From the NCBI GenBank assembly GCA_965262615.1, contig OZ253545.1:1-64000 (forward strand): a stretch of 64,000 bases of DNA, written 5' to 3'. How positions within the stretch are numbered: the first letter of the stretch is position 1; each line of letters begins with the position of its first letter. The notes beneath the pieces were generated by a model, which saw nothing but the letters and a program-made list of their open reading frames with translations, did no database searches and had not been told where the DNA came from. This stretch comes from Alphaproteobacteria bacterium. Lineage in GTDB: Bacteria > Pseudomonadota > Alphaproteobacteria > GM7ARS4 > G965262615. The translations under genes were made by a program, and so were the position numbers. Shown here piece by piece: positions 39,576 through 49,200 of this stretch.

Positions 39576-40538
39576 TTATACTTTAATCTGGGGCGATATA
39601 TTGAGTGAGCCTTTTTCATTGCTCTTGATATAGCCCGTGTCCTTGCTGTCAAAAATGGCTTTGGTGAGTTCCAGCAAAATCAAGTTCTTCACCTCTTTTT
39701 CATTGTCGCTATCGGTCGCCATCACAGAATCCAGTATTGCCCTGTGAGAATTCAGGGCATTTTGTCTCTGCCTGTTGAGATTGTATAAGTGCCGTTCCGC
39801 CGCATGACCCTTAGAAAAATGGGCAATCAAAAATATCCCCAGAGACAAGACAAAAAATTTAAGCAAGGCATTGCTGACAAACATCCCATAATCTACTTGA
39901 CCATCTTTTGGAAAAGATGTGCCATCAACATAGAAGGCAACGGCAAGAATTGCCGTAACAACAATACAGCCTATCATAGTCCGAAAATTTTTATGGGCTC
40001 TTCTTTTATTCTCCTTTGCCTCATCCCCAAAGAAAGTGCCGAATTTTTCTCCCTCTTCTTTCTGCTTTTCTGTTTGAGCACTTTGAAGAAGCTCCTCTGC
40101 TTTTTTCACATTGTCCAAGCCACCCTTGAGGGCATCTAAAAGTTTTTTCGCCTGTTCTTCAGTATTCTTTAGCTTTTCATCCTCATGAGAGCCAATAGCT
40201 CGCATATATTCTCTGACCGTAGAAGTGCGTTGAATGATGTCACTTTTCTTGTTTTTAATCTTGCTGATATAATTTTCCTTTTCTGCCGTATCTCCAAAAT
40301 TTCTCACATCTTGAGCAAAACCAAAAAAATTTTGCAATAGATTTTCCATTTCTTGTACACGGTTATCGGGCAAATCGGCAAAATTTGGATGGAATAAAAT
40401 ATCATCAAATACCTTTTTGATTTGAGCAAAATCCTTTTCTGCTCCTTTTAAATTATGGTTGCCCAAGTCCTCACGGAGCAACGCGTTCCACGCCAATTGC
40501 TCGTATGCTTTTTTTATATCGGGATTAAGTTCAGCCAT
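39576..40538 (-). CDS. Hypothetical coiled-coil protein with two TM helices
   Basis: 320-aa AT-rich ORF; charged helical N-terminus, two hydrophobic segments, RQRQNAL motif. Confidence 0.75.
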   Translation of the reverse strand: MAELNPDIKKAYEQLAWNALLREDLGNHNLKGAEKDFAQIKKVFDDILFHPNFADLPDNRVQEMENLLQNFFGFAQDVRNFGDTAEKENYISKIKNKKSDIIQRTSTVREYMRAIGSHEDEKLKNTEEQAKKLLDALKGGLDNVKKAEELLQSAQTEKQKEEGEKFGTFFGDEAKENKRRAHKNFRTMIGCIVVTAILAVAFYVDGTSFPKDGQVDYGMFVSNALLKFFVLSLGIFLIAHFSKGHAAERHLYNLNRQRQNALNSHRAILDSVMATDSDNEKEVKNLILLELTKAIFDSKDTGYIKSNEKGSLNISPQIKV

Positions 40539-40576
40539 CCTGACACCTTGAGGAATTTTACCCCTTCGCTCTCACA

Positions 40577-40819
40577 TCAATGCTTCTTGTCACGCGGTGG
40601 GAATGGGTCATTGCCAGGGGCAACCGTGTCTGAATCCCGCCATCTGCCATATTTATTTTGTGTCACAACTTCGCCGCCGCCATTATTTTCGACTATTTCC
40701 TTTGCAGCTTCTTGGGCTTGTGCTTGCGTTGAGTGGATACTAGAGGCTCGCTGTGCATTAGGTGCTTTAACAGCCCAGCCATCTGGGTGTTTGACGACAT
40801 ATCTATTATTACTTGACAT
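40577..40819 (-). CDS. DUF2188 family protein
   Basis: YVVKHPDGWAVK..AQRAS..HSTQAQAQEAAK..GGEVVTQNKYGRWRDSDT..GNDPFPPRD; AAGGAG RBS. Confidence 0.85.
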   Translation of the reverse strand: MSSNNRYVVKHPDGWAVKAPNAQRASSIHSTQAQAQEAAKEIVENNGGGEVVTQNKYGRWRDSDTVAPGNDPFPPRDKKH

Positions 40820-40939
40820 TGCTTTGCTCCTTGATTTTGGAGTTTGGAAAAATGGTCTATAAGACACAAGCCTTGCAGACATCGACACCATTTATGGTAG
40901 CCAAAATATAAAAAATGTCAATATATTGTGGAAAATAAA

Positions 40940-40968
40940 TTTTGCGGTGTGAATTTTACACCGCAAAA
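40940..40968. terminator. Hairpin just beyond the att copy; probably the displaced tRNA-Ser terminator
   Basis: TTTTGCGGTGT-GAATTTT-ACACCGCAAAA, a perfect 11-bp inverted repeat. Confidence 0.65.
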
Positions 40969-40986
40969 CTCAACGCTTCATCTTTT

Positions 40987-41039
40987 TGGCGTAGAGGGGG
41001 GGGGGATTCGAACCCCTGATACGGCTCAAAACCGTATAA
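40987..41039 (-). repeat. att direct repeat (duplicated 3' half of tRNA-Ser)
   Basis: Matches 50591-50640 except for two substitutions and a G-run of 10 rather than 7. Confidence 0.93.
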
Positions 41040-41775
41040 TGTGTTCCTCTCTGTTATAGACGCGTTGAATGTTGGTGAGAAAAAGATTGCCGGTCTTACT
41101 GACGGCTCTGGCTTCATCTTGAATGTGAATGTTGATTTGAAAGTCATTTCTCCAGTTGCGTCCTTCAAAGCCGTTGTGAGGGATGACGGGATCATTCAAA
41201 AATATAGCGCGTCCTTCAAAATCATCGCGCAGGCGATCCAGCACGATGATATTGGGCGCAATGAGCAAGAAATTGCGAGCGAGATTTGAATTGTCCTCGT
41301 AGGTTTTGTGAAAGAAGCTCCAAGCGATGGCGAGGCTCATGGTTTTGGTCTTGCCGCTGCCTGTTGCCATTTTGACAACCAATCTGCGCCAATGCTCTGG
41401 AAACATACCAGCTGACACCGCCCCTGAGCTGTCAAAACGCATGAGGTCGTATTTGTCTTTGAATTCAATCACCTCATGCAGATAAATGATGGTTTCTATG
41501 GCTTCTCTTTGAGCAAAATAGTATTGAAAAAGCGAGCCATCCTCTTGAGGGTGGTCGGTTGCAAACCACCATGTGAGAAGGGCGCGGCTGGTGGCGGAGC
41601 ATCCCTCGTAGTTTGTGTCACGCCATTTTTTGACGGCGGTGCGTAATTGCTCCACCAGAGGCGGCAGCAGACAATCATACCCCATGCTTTTCAGCCCATC
41701 AGGCGTGGGATACCAACGCGTTGACGGGTCAACAATGTCATGAGGCGATAAAGGAAAATCCTTACCAAGAGGCAT
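41026..41775 (-). pseudogene. res: Type III restriction enzyme Res subunit, C-terminally truncated at att
   Basis: YFAQREAIET, KMATGSGKT, IAPNIIVLDRL; only 249 aa, reads into the att repeat and stops before the DEAH motif. Confidence 0.85.
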
Positions 41776-41802
41776 AATCCTGTCCTTTCTTTTGGTCTGT
41801 TT

Positions 41803-44031
41803 TCATATCCTTACCTCAATTACGGTCATGGAGTCGTTGCCGAATATGTCTACCACTTTGATGGCGACTTTGCGAGTGCCTGAGTCGCATTCTATGGGGG
41901 TGGTGATGAATTCCAGTTGTTTGTTTTTCTTGGTGCGGAAGCTTTGCCATTCGTTTTCAAAGATGAAGTTTCCTGTGGTCATGACATCCATCTCTGTGCC
42001 GTCCTTGCCATCGGTGAGGATGACTTCGGGCTTGCTTTCGTAGTTGAAATCCACCGACCAGTAGTCAATCCAGTCCGACCATTTTTTGGTGATGGTTTGC
42101 TGGGAACAAATGCCGTTGGTGTCCTTGCTGATTTTAACAAGCTGCCCGCGCTCCAGTATGATGGTGCTGCCGCCGTTTTTGAGGTTGGCGATGGCGGTCT
42201 CCATGGTGCCCTCATTGTAGGCGACCGAAAACCCAGTGAGTTCTATTGCCAGCATGGTTTTTTTGCCCTTGCCTGTGATGTGAGGCTTGGCTTCAATGTA
42301 GGCGATGTCGTGAAACACCACCTGATTGCGCTCCACGGCTTTTTTGTCAAACACATCACGGGGGATGTATTTGAGAGCCAGCATCACCCCTTGTTGCTTG
42401 GCTTCTTCTTGAGCGTGGGTGTTGAGGGACATTTCAAACTCAAAGGCAAGAATATCCACATTGATGATGCCGCGCCGTTTGCATTCCGCCACCACCTCAT
42501 CCACAAAATGACCCGTGACCGGCAGATTGATGGGACCCACCACCACCATGTGATTGCCCTTTTTGCCATGAAACATGGCGTCCGATGCAATGGACTCGGC
42601 GGCATAAGCTCGCAAAATGAGCCTGAGATAGTCCTGTTCTTTGACGCGCCATTGTTGAGCCTGTTGGTCATCATTGAGGTTGGTGTTGATGCCCACATAG
42701 TGCTGTCGCTCATACTTGCCCAGATTGAGAATCTCAAACGCGCGATAGTCCATGCCGTTCTTTTTGAGCTGTCGCTGCACATTGATCATGCGCTTTTTGG
42801 TGGTGTGAATGGCGAATTTGCCCAAGTCGGAGCAGATCCACTTGCGTCCCAGCTTTTCCGCCACCGCCGCGGTCGTCCCCGAACCACAAAAAAAGTCAGC
42901 GACAATATCGCCTTCTTTTGTACTAATATTTAAAATCCTCTCTAAAAGGTCTTCAGAATTTTCTGTAGGATATTTTGTTGTAAAAGAATATCCCGGAATA
43001 TCTGTCCAATTTGTATCTAAAGCCATTGTATCAGATGGCTTTACATAATACTCAAGACTATTTAGCTTCTCATTGAACCTCAATGTACCTTCGTCTATCA
43101 TTCTTTCCATGCGCTTTTGATTAAACTTAAAATGTTTCCCCGACGGCGGATAAAAAACCCGCCCAAACAAATTTCTTTCTCTTGGCTTCCTTTCTCCATC
43201 ACTATCATCCGTTCTTCTCCAATAGCCTTCTCTTATCTTGTCTCTTTTTTTGTCAATATTTATGAATTGAGAATCCTTTGATTGGAAATATACGAAAAGC
43301 GTATCTGTCGCGACAGGCAGAGAAAGTCTTCCTTGAGAAGTGACATTTTTTTTAATTCTATTTACCAGAATTTCTGACTGGAAATGTTCTTTTCCAAAAA
43401 CTTGGTCGAGCATAACCTTGACATAGTGTCCCCAGTGATGGTCAATTCTTAAAAAGAAAATTCCATCATTTGAAAGCATATCTTTCATTAATTGAACACG
43501 CTCAAAAAGCATACTTAAAAAAGTGTTCCCTTGGTTGCCCCATGTATTTCTATATGCAAATTCCTCCAGAATGGATGGGCTTTTGACAAATGGCTCGTTA
43601 GAATTATCATCACCAATATCTACCTTAATAGAGTAATCCAAACCAGCACTAAATGGTGGGTCAATATAGATGAGTTTGATGCCTCCTGCCTCCTCAATCG
43701 TGCGGCGCGTGTTGCCGCTTTTGAGGGATGACAAAATGAGTCTATTATCGCCCCAGATGAGTTTGTTTGCCCAGCCGCTGATTTGTCTGCCGCTGTGGGC
43801 ATCAAACAATTCCCCTTGCTGATGCCGCACCTCTTCGCTACGGGGTTCATCCACCTGTTCAATGGTTTGAAAGGGCAGCACCACATTGGTGACATCCTTG
43901 GTCTTGCCATTCCACACCAGCTCCACCTCTCGCTGGTCACCAAACAACAAAAACCGATACTTCTCGTCCAACGCCTTGCCATCCTCAAGCAAGCGGGTGA
44001 TATCTCTGATTTCATTGTCGCTCAAACGCAT
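41803..44031 (-). CDS. mod: Type III R-M adenine methyltransferase Mod subunit
   Basis: ELVWNGK, NKLIWGDN, IYIDPPF, VADFFCGSGTT, IDYWSVDF, VKVVDIFGND-like C-terminus; upstream of res. Confidence 0.9.
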   Translation of the reverse strand: MRLSDNEIRDITRLLEDGKALDEKYRFLLFGDQREVELVWNGKTKDVTNVVLPFQTIEQVDEPRSEEVRHQQGELFDAHSGRQISGWANKLIWGDNRLILSSLKSGNTRRTIEEAGGIKLIYIDPPFSAGLDYSIKVDIGDDNSNEPFVKSPSILEEFAYRNTWGNQGNTFLSMLFERVQLMKDMLSNDGIFFLRIDHHWGHYVKVMLDQVFGKEHFQSEILVNRIKKNVTSQGRLSLPVATDTLFVYFQSKDSQFINIDKKRDKIREGYWRRTDDSDGERKPRERNLFGRVFYPPSGKHFKFNQKRMERMIDEGTLRFNEKLNSLEYYVKPSDTMALDTNWTDIPGYSFTTKYPTENSEDLLERILNISTKEGDIVADFFCGSGTTAAVAEKLGRKWICSDLGKFAIHTTKKRMINVQRQLKKNGMDYRAFEILNLGKYERQHYVGINTNLNDDQQAQQWRVKEQDYLRLILRAYAAESIASDAMFHGKKGNHMVVVGPINLPVTGHFVDEVVAECKRRGIINVDILAFEFEMSLNTHAQEEAKQQGVMLALKYIPRDVFDKKAVERNQVVFHDIAYIEAKPHITGKGKKTMLAIELTGFSVAYNEGTMETAIANLKNGGSTIILERGQLVKISKDTNGICSQQTITKKWSDWIDYWSVDFNYESKPEVILTDGKDGTEMDVMTTGNFIFENEWQSFRTKKNKQLEFITTPIECDSGTRKVAIKVVDIFGNDSMTVIEVRI

Positions 44032-44209
44032 CAGGGCATGATAAGCACATCGGCACGGAATGAAAAGCCAGAAAAACATTATATTTACTTATAATGAGTT
44101 AAGAGTTACCAAAAAATCTTTGCTCGTTGAATAGCTCTGTCAGGTAAGGTAGATTATTCTCAAGGAGGGTAGTTCTGTCCTATTCTGGACAATCAGAAGC
44201 AGAACTATA

Positions 44210-46222
44210 ATGGTTGTGCCAGTGGGTTGGATAAGTCAGCTAATAGGGAAATTTACGGGGTGGTTTTGTCGTGTCCTGAAAAGATTCACTGACCCTTCTT
44301 CTGATAAAAACGAAAACTCATCGCCTGATGCCTCTACGCCAATTCCACCTCAACTACACCCCAACACTCACCCGCCAATTTTGCCAGAACATCAATCTTC
44401 CACCGAAGATAATCAAAGCGAGCAAAACCAAAAAGTCAAAGGAAATCATCCCGCAGACATTCCAGGGCGACGGAATCCGAAGCACACAGAATCAGAGCCC
44501 GAAGCTAAGGAAAAAGAATCGTCATCCTTCCGTCCTCAATTGATGTGTCGGAGAAAGGCTGGTGCTTGGCAGGTTATTGTGTCTGGGAATGAGGAGTGTC
44601 CCATCAAAGGGGTGCGTCTTGGGAATCAAGATTTGGAGGTCATCAATCAAGAATGTCCCATAGACTCACTGGAGGGACATCTTGTCACTTGGTCTGAAAA
44701 TGGGGATAAACGCGAAGTCGCGTTATTCAATGGCGAGCCTCTCATTTTCAAATTTTCAAAAAACTGGAAGGGCACGGAGATTTCTCAAATCACGAACGGT
44801 CATTTCATCGTCATCGCTCCTGCCGAATGGACAAGGGTGGGCGACAGGCGAGACGCTGGTGGGGCGGAGCCTTGTAAAGATGAAAAATTCAGGGCGCATT
44901 TTTTCTCTCGGAATAAAAATGATTCGGATGAGGAAATCAAAGGTTTTGAAGGACAGCCGCCCCTTCCTGTTGGTTTGAGCATAGAATGGGATGGCGAGAG
45001 AGTCTTTGATGACTCGGCGGACGAAGGCATCCTGTTCGTTGGAGATGCTCCAAAGCCCGTATTGTCACCAGATATTGCGAGCGCACGAGTTGTAGAGGAA
45101 ACGGAAGATGGTGGCGGTTGGGGGGAGAACTTTATTCCAAGTGATGAGAAACTTGCAAAAGTTTTGAACGGCAGAGAGGGACATTTTTCTCTTCGCATTT
45201 ACGCGCGTGGATCAAGGCGTGAGCTTGATAGCAAGCAGTTTCGTTATATGAGTCAATTGAAAGAAATCCGTGTTGATGATGAGTCATATACAGCCGCCAC
45301 CGCTATCGCGCCCACATCTGCAGGATATTCACCAACGGAAGTGCAATTCATTGCCAGAGACGGCAGCAGGCTGACTCCGAAATCATTACCCGAATTTTCT
45401 CATGCGAAGCTGGTGGGGGATGTCATTAAAGTTCCACCACACCATAAAGCAGATCGCATTGTTTGTGCTCTTGAGACAAAGACCAATGATGTGCAGATTG
45501 TGTTACAGCTGCCAAAAATATGGTGGCGATTGGAGAGCGATGGCGATGATGCGGGTGAATGGAGTGACAAACCCATCACCATGACACGAGAGGAATTTCG
45601 TGATCATGCTCGCGATGAGATAAAGATTTCAATCTTATCCAAGCGATGCAAATTGGTGCATACGGGATTCAACGACAAGCGGGATAAACAATACTCCCGC
45701 AAAGAGCAGGATGAGTGCATTCAAATTCCCTTGTATGCATTTGATGACAGGCTGCCAACTGAGCCAGAATCTCGTGCCCCTCTTCAATTCAATGTTGAAT
45801 GGATGGGAACAGTCACGACACTCATTCAGTTTGTTTCGCGACAAGGTGCAAGTGAAACAAAGTCGCTCCCTCGCACCGTAAAGCCAAGTTCCAAAAATGA
45901 AGTAAAGGGCGTTAAAAGAAACTACGGTTCTGATTCGTTACGAGATACGAGTAGAAAAAAGCCGCCCACTCTTCCAAAAGTCAGGCTCATCAAGCCAGAA
46001 GCCACCGCCGTTTGGCTGGTGGAGAATAGTTCTCTCACTTTTAAGCAGATTGCGGATTTTGTTGACATGCATGTTCTGGAGATTCAGGCAATTGCGGATG
46101 GCGAAGCTCATGCCGACCTTATAGGTGAAGACCCCGTTAAAGAATTGCATCAGCTCACCAGAGAAGAGATTGAACGCTGTGAAAAAGACCCAGAAGCTTC
46201 TCTCAGACTTAAAGAAATTTAG
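44210..46222 (+). CDS. Hypothetical 670-aa helicase partner with a C-terminal TrcR/DUF1013-like domain
   Basis: Disordered N-terminus, beta-rich core, linker, then KPEATAVWLVENSSLTFKQIADFVDMHVLEIQAIADGE...QLTREEIERCEKDPEASLRL. Confidence 0.8.
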   Translation: MVVPVGWISQLIGKFTGWFCRVLKRFTDPSSDKNENSSPDASTPIPPQLHPNTHPPILPEHQSSTEDNQSEQNQKVKGNHPADIPGRRNPKHTESEPEAKEKESSSFRPQLMCRRKAGAWQVIVSGNEECPIKGVRLGNQDLEVINQECPIDSLEGHLVTWSENGDKREVALFNGEPLIFKFSKNWKGTEISQITNGHFIVIAPAEWTRVGDRRDAGGAEPCKDEKFRAHFFSRNKNDSDEEIKGFEGQPPLPVGLSIEWDGERVFDDSADEGILFVGDAPKPVLSPDIASARVVEETEDGGGWGENFIPSDEKLAKVLNGREGHFSLRIYARGSRRELDSKQFRYMSQLKEIRVDDESYTAATAIAPTSAGYSPTEVQFIARDGSRLTPKSLPEFSHAKLVGDVIKVPPHHKADRIVCALETKTNDVQIVLQLPKIWWRLESDGDDAGEWSDKPITMTREEFRDHARDEIKISILSKRCKLVHTGFNDKRDKQYSRKEQDECIQIPLYAFDDRLPTEPESRAPLQFNVEWMGTVTTLIQFVSRQGASETKSLPRTVKPSSKNEVKGVKRNYGSDSLRDTSRKKPPTLPKVRLIKPEATAVWLVENSSLTFKQIADFVDMHVLEIQAIADGEAHADLIGEDPVKELHQLTREEIERCEKDPEASLRLKEI

Positions 46223-46273
46223 TCATTGACGAATGGGAGAAGAGGGCTCACCCTATATCCGTTGAGGAGCGGC

Positions 46274-49200
46274 ATGATGGCAAACGAAGTTGATATAAAG
46301 CATCTCAAGCAATGGACGAAGAGAATTCACCAACGCTATGTGGATTATTTGACCACCTCATTCTTTTTCTCAGACCCTGATTTGCGCCGATCGTTTCGTG
46401 ATGCTCTTGGCAAAGAGGGAAGGCTGCAGAAAGAGGCTTCAGAAGAACATTTTGAATTCAAAAAGGGAATGCACGCTCATCAATTGGCGGAAAAAATTTT
46501 TGCAGGCAAAAATGTGAGTGATCTTAAGCACGCATTAATTGGTGATGCGTTGTATGACCATCAAGAACAAGCCATCAAAAATGCCTTTGCGAAGCAAAAG
46601 AATTTGGTTGTTGCTACTGGGACTGCCAGTGGCAAGACCGAGAGTTTTCTTTATCCCATTTTGTTTGAATTATTTCGCCAGCACCTTGCGGGAGATTTGA
46701 AAAATCCTGGGGTGCGCGCCATGATTCTGTATCCCATGAATGCACTGGCGAACGACCAGCGCGAACGCTTGGGAGAAATTTGCAAGAAATTGAAAGAGGC
46801 AGGCTCTCAGTTCAAACCGACATTTGGGCAATACATTGGGCAAACTCCAGAGGACGAAAAAAACGAGTGGCGCAATGCGTCCGAGCGCGAAAAAAATCGC
46901 TTAGATGGGGAACTGGTTTTTCGTAAAGAAATGCGTGACACACCGCCTCACATTTTATTGACCAATTATTCAATGCTGGAATATTTGCTCATTCGCCCCA
47001 AGGATACTCCTCTGTTTGATGGTGACAGAGGCGCGCATTGGCAGTTTCTCGTTCTGGATGAGGCGCATCAGTATCGCGGTGCCAAGGGGATGGAAATCGG
47101 CATGCTGATGCGGCGTCTCAAGCAGCGATTGCGTGACGGGGGGCGGCAAGATTCTTTTCGCTGCATCGCCACCAGTGCCACCATGTCATCGCGCGAAAAT
47201 CAAGAAGACAGAAAGGCGATTGCCGAATTCGCCAAAAAACTTTTTGACGAGCCTTTTGCCGAGGATGACATCATATTTGGCAAAAGGGAAAAGGTTAAAG
47301 ATGAAAGCACGCCGAGCCGCCATCATGCCTTTTTGCGTGGGCTTCAGGGTGCGTTTCTTGTCCATAAGAATGGCAAGGACACTGTGGCACTCAATCGCAA
47401 GGATGAGGACGACAGCAAAGAAAAAAGCGAACCTCTTGAGATCGCGCTGTGCCGCGAATGCGGACAACATTATTATGTCGGCAAAGAACAAGATGGCAAA
47501 CTGAGAGAAGGAATTCGCGATCCCAGTCATGAAGAATTCGGCGTGGATTACTATCTGCCAGATGAAACGGGGAAAGGAGTTTTATGTCGGCAATGTGGGG
47601 CTCTTGCGAAGTCATCATGCGATTGCACAAATTCGGCGTTCATTGCCGTCAAGAAATGCAAATCTCACAAAGAGCATCCCGACGAATTGGAGAAGTGTGA
47701 GGCTTGCGGCTATGGGCGTGGCAGCATTGGTGACCCTGTGCGAGAGATTGTGCATGGCTCGGATGGACCGGGCACTGTGATCGCCACCACTGTGCATGAG
47801 GTGCTACACGAATTTCTTCCCGAAGACAAACGCAAAATTTTGGCTTTTGCCGACAGTCGCCAGCGAGCGGCATTCTTTGCTTGGTATATTGAGGATTCCT
47901 ACAGGAATATTCTTCACCGCAATCTCATTTACAGAGCGATGAACTCCGAAGACATTGCGGATGAAGGTTTAACCATCAACGACTTGACCCATTGCGTGTA
48001 TAAATTGTGGGAAAAGATTGGACTCTTTGAAAAACCAAGTGCAAGTAAGGCGGAAAAATCCCGTGAAGTGTCAGAATCCGTTCTGCGCGAGGCGGTGACT
48101 GATGATAAAAGGAGGTCTTTGAGTGGTGTTGGCTTGGTGAAATGGTCTGTCAAATTACACCCGAATTTGAAGCTGCCCCCCGAAATGCTTCAACCGCCGT
48201 GGAATTTCAGCGAGGATGATGCTTACGCTCTGATCCGTTATCTGCTGGACAATATGCGCTCGCATCAAAGAGCCATAAGTTTGCCAGAAGATAGTAAAAC
48301 CGCAAAATGGGCGGATATATCACCGTATGAGCAGAAGCCAAAGGGGAAGACACTTGTGCAATGGTGTAACACAAAAAATACCATTGTTGGTTGGTTTCTT
48401 CACAGAATTCTTGACGCAAAAGAAAGTGGGCTATCGGATGAAGAGAAGCACTCTTGTGCCGCAAAACTCCTGCGCAAGATTTGGTATGAATTGCGAGATT
48501 TACCAGAAAATGATCCTATGCTCATGCGTATATCGCACCGTAGCGACGCGTTTCTTCTGAATTGTGGCTGGGTGCGGGTAAAGCTGGCAAAGCCTGATGA
48601 AATTTGGCGTTGTGAAGACTGCACCACGCTCAGTAGCCATAACATTCGCGATGTTTGTCCGCGCAAGGGGTGTGGTGGCATGTTGAAACCTGTTGATGAG
48701 GATAAGCAGAAGGTTCTTGAAGGAAATCACTATCGCAAGCTCTATAAAAACGCTCATCTGCCGCCGAAACTGCGCGCGAAGGAACACACCGCTCAGATTG
48801 AGGCGAATGAGGCGGCTCAAAGACAGAGCGAATTCAAGGATGGTAAAATTCATCTGCTGAGTTCCTCCACCACATTTGAGTTGGGTGTTGATCTTGGCGA
48901 TTTGGATTGTGTTTTTCTGCGTAATGTTCCGCCAGAGCCGTTCAATTATGTGCAACGGGCTGGTCGTGCGGGGCGAAGAGATTCTCCGGGTCTGGTCTTG
49001 ACCTATTGCGACCGCAATCCGCATGATCTCTATCATTACGAAGACCCCGAACGCATCATGAAAGGTGAGGTGCGTCCGCCACAGCTGCACATGACCAACC
49101 ATAAGATTGTATCACGCCACATGGTGGCTGCCGTCTTATCTGAATTTTTTAGGGCACATCCAGAACGGTTTGAAAGTGTGGAGAGCTTTGTTGACGATTG

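Noticed and set aside
40987-41039. Second tRNA-Ser gene
   Set aside because: Only the 3' half is present, with no D arm or anticodon arm; it is an att remnant.
41803-44031. Phase-variable mod (phasevarion)
   Set aside because: No simple-sequence repeat tract seen in the gene or its 5' region.
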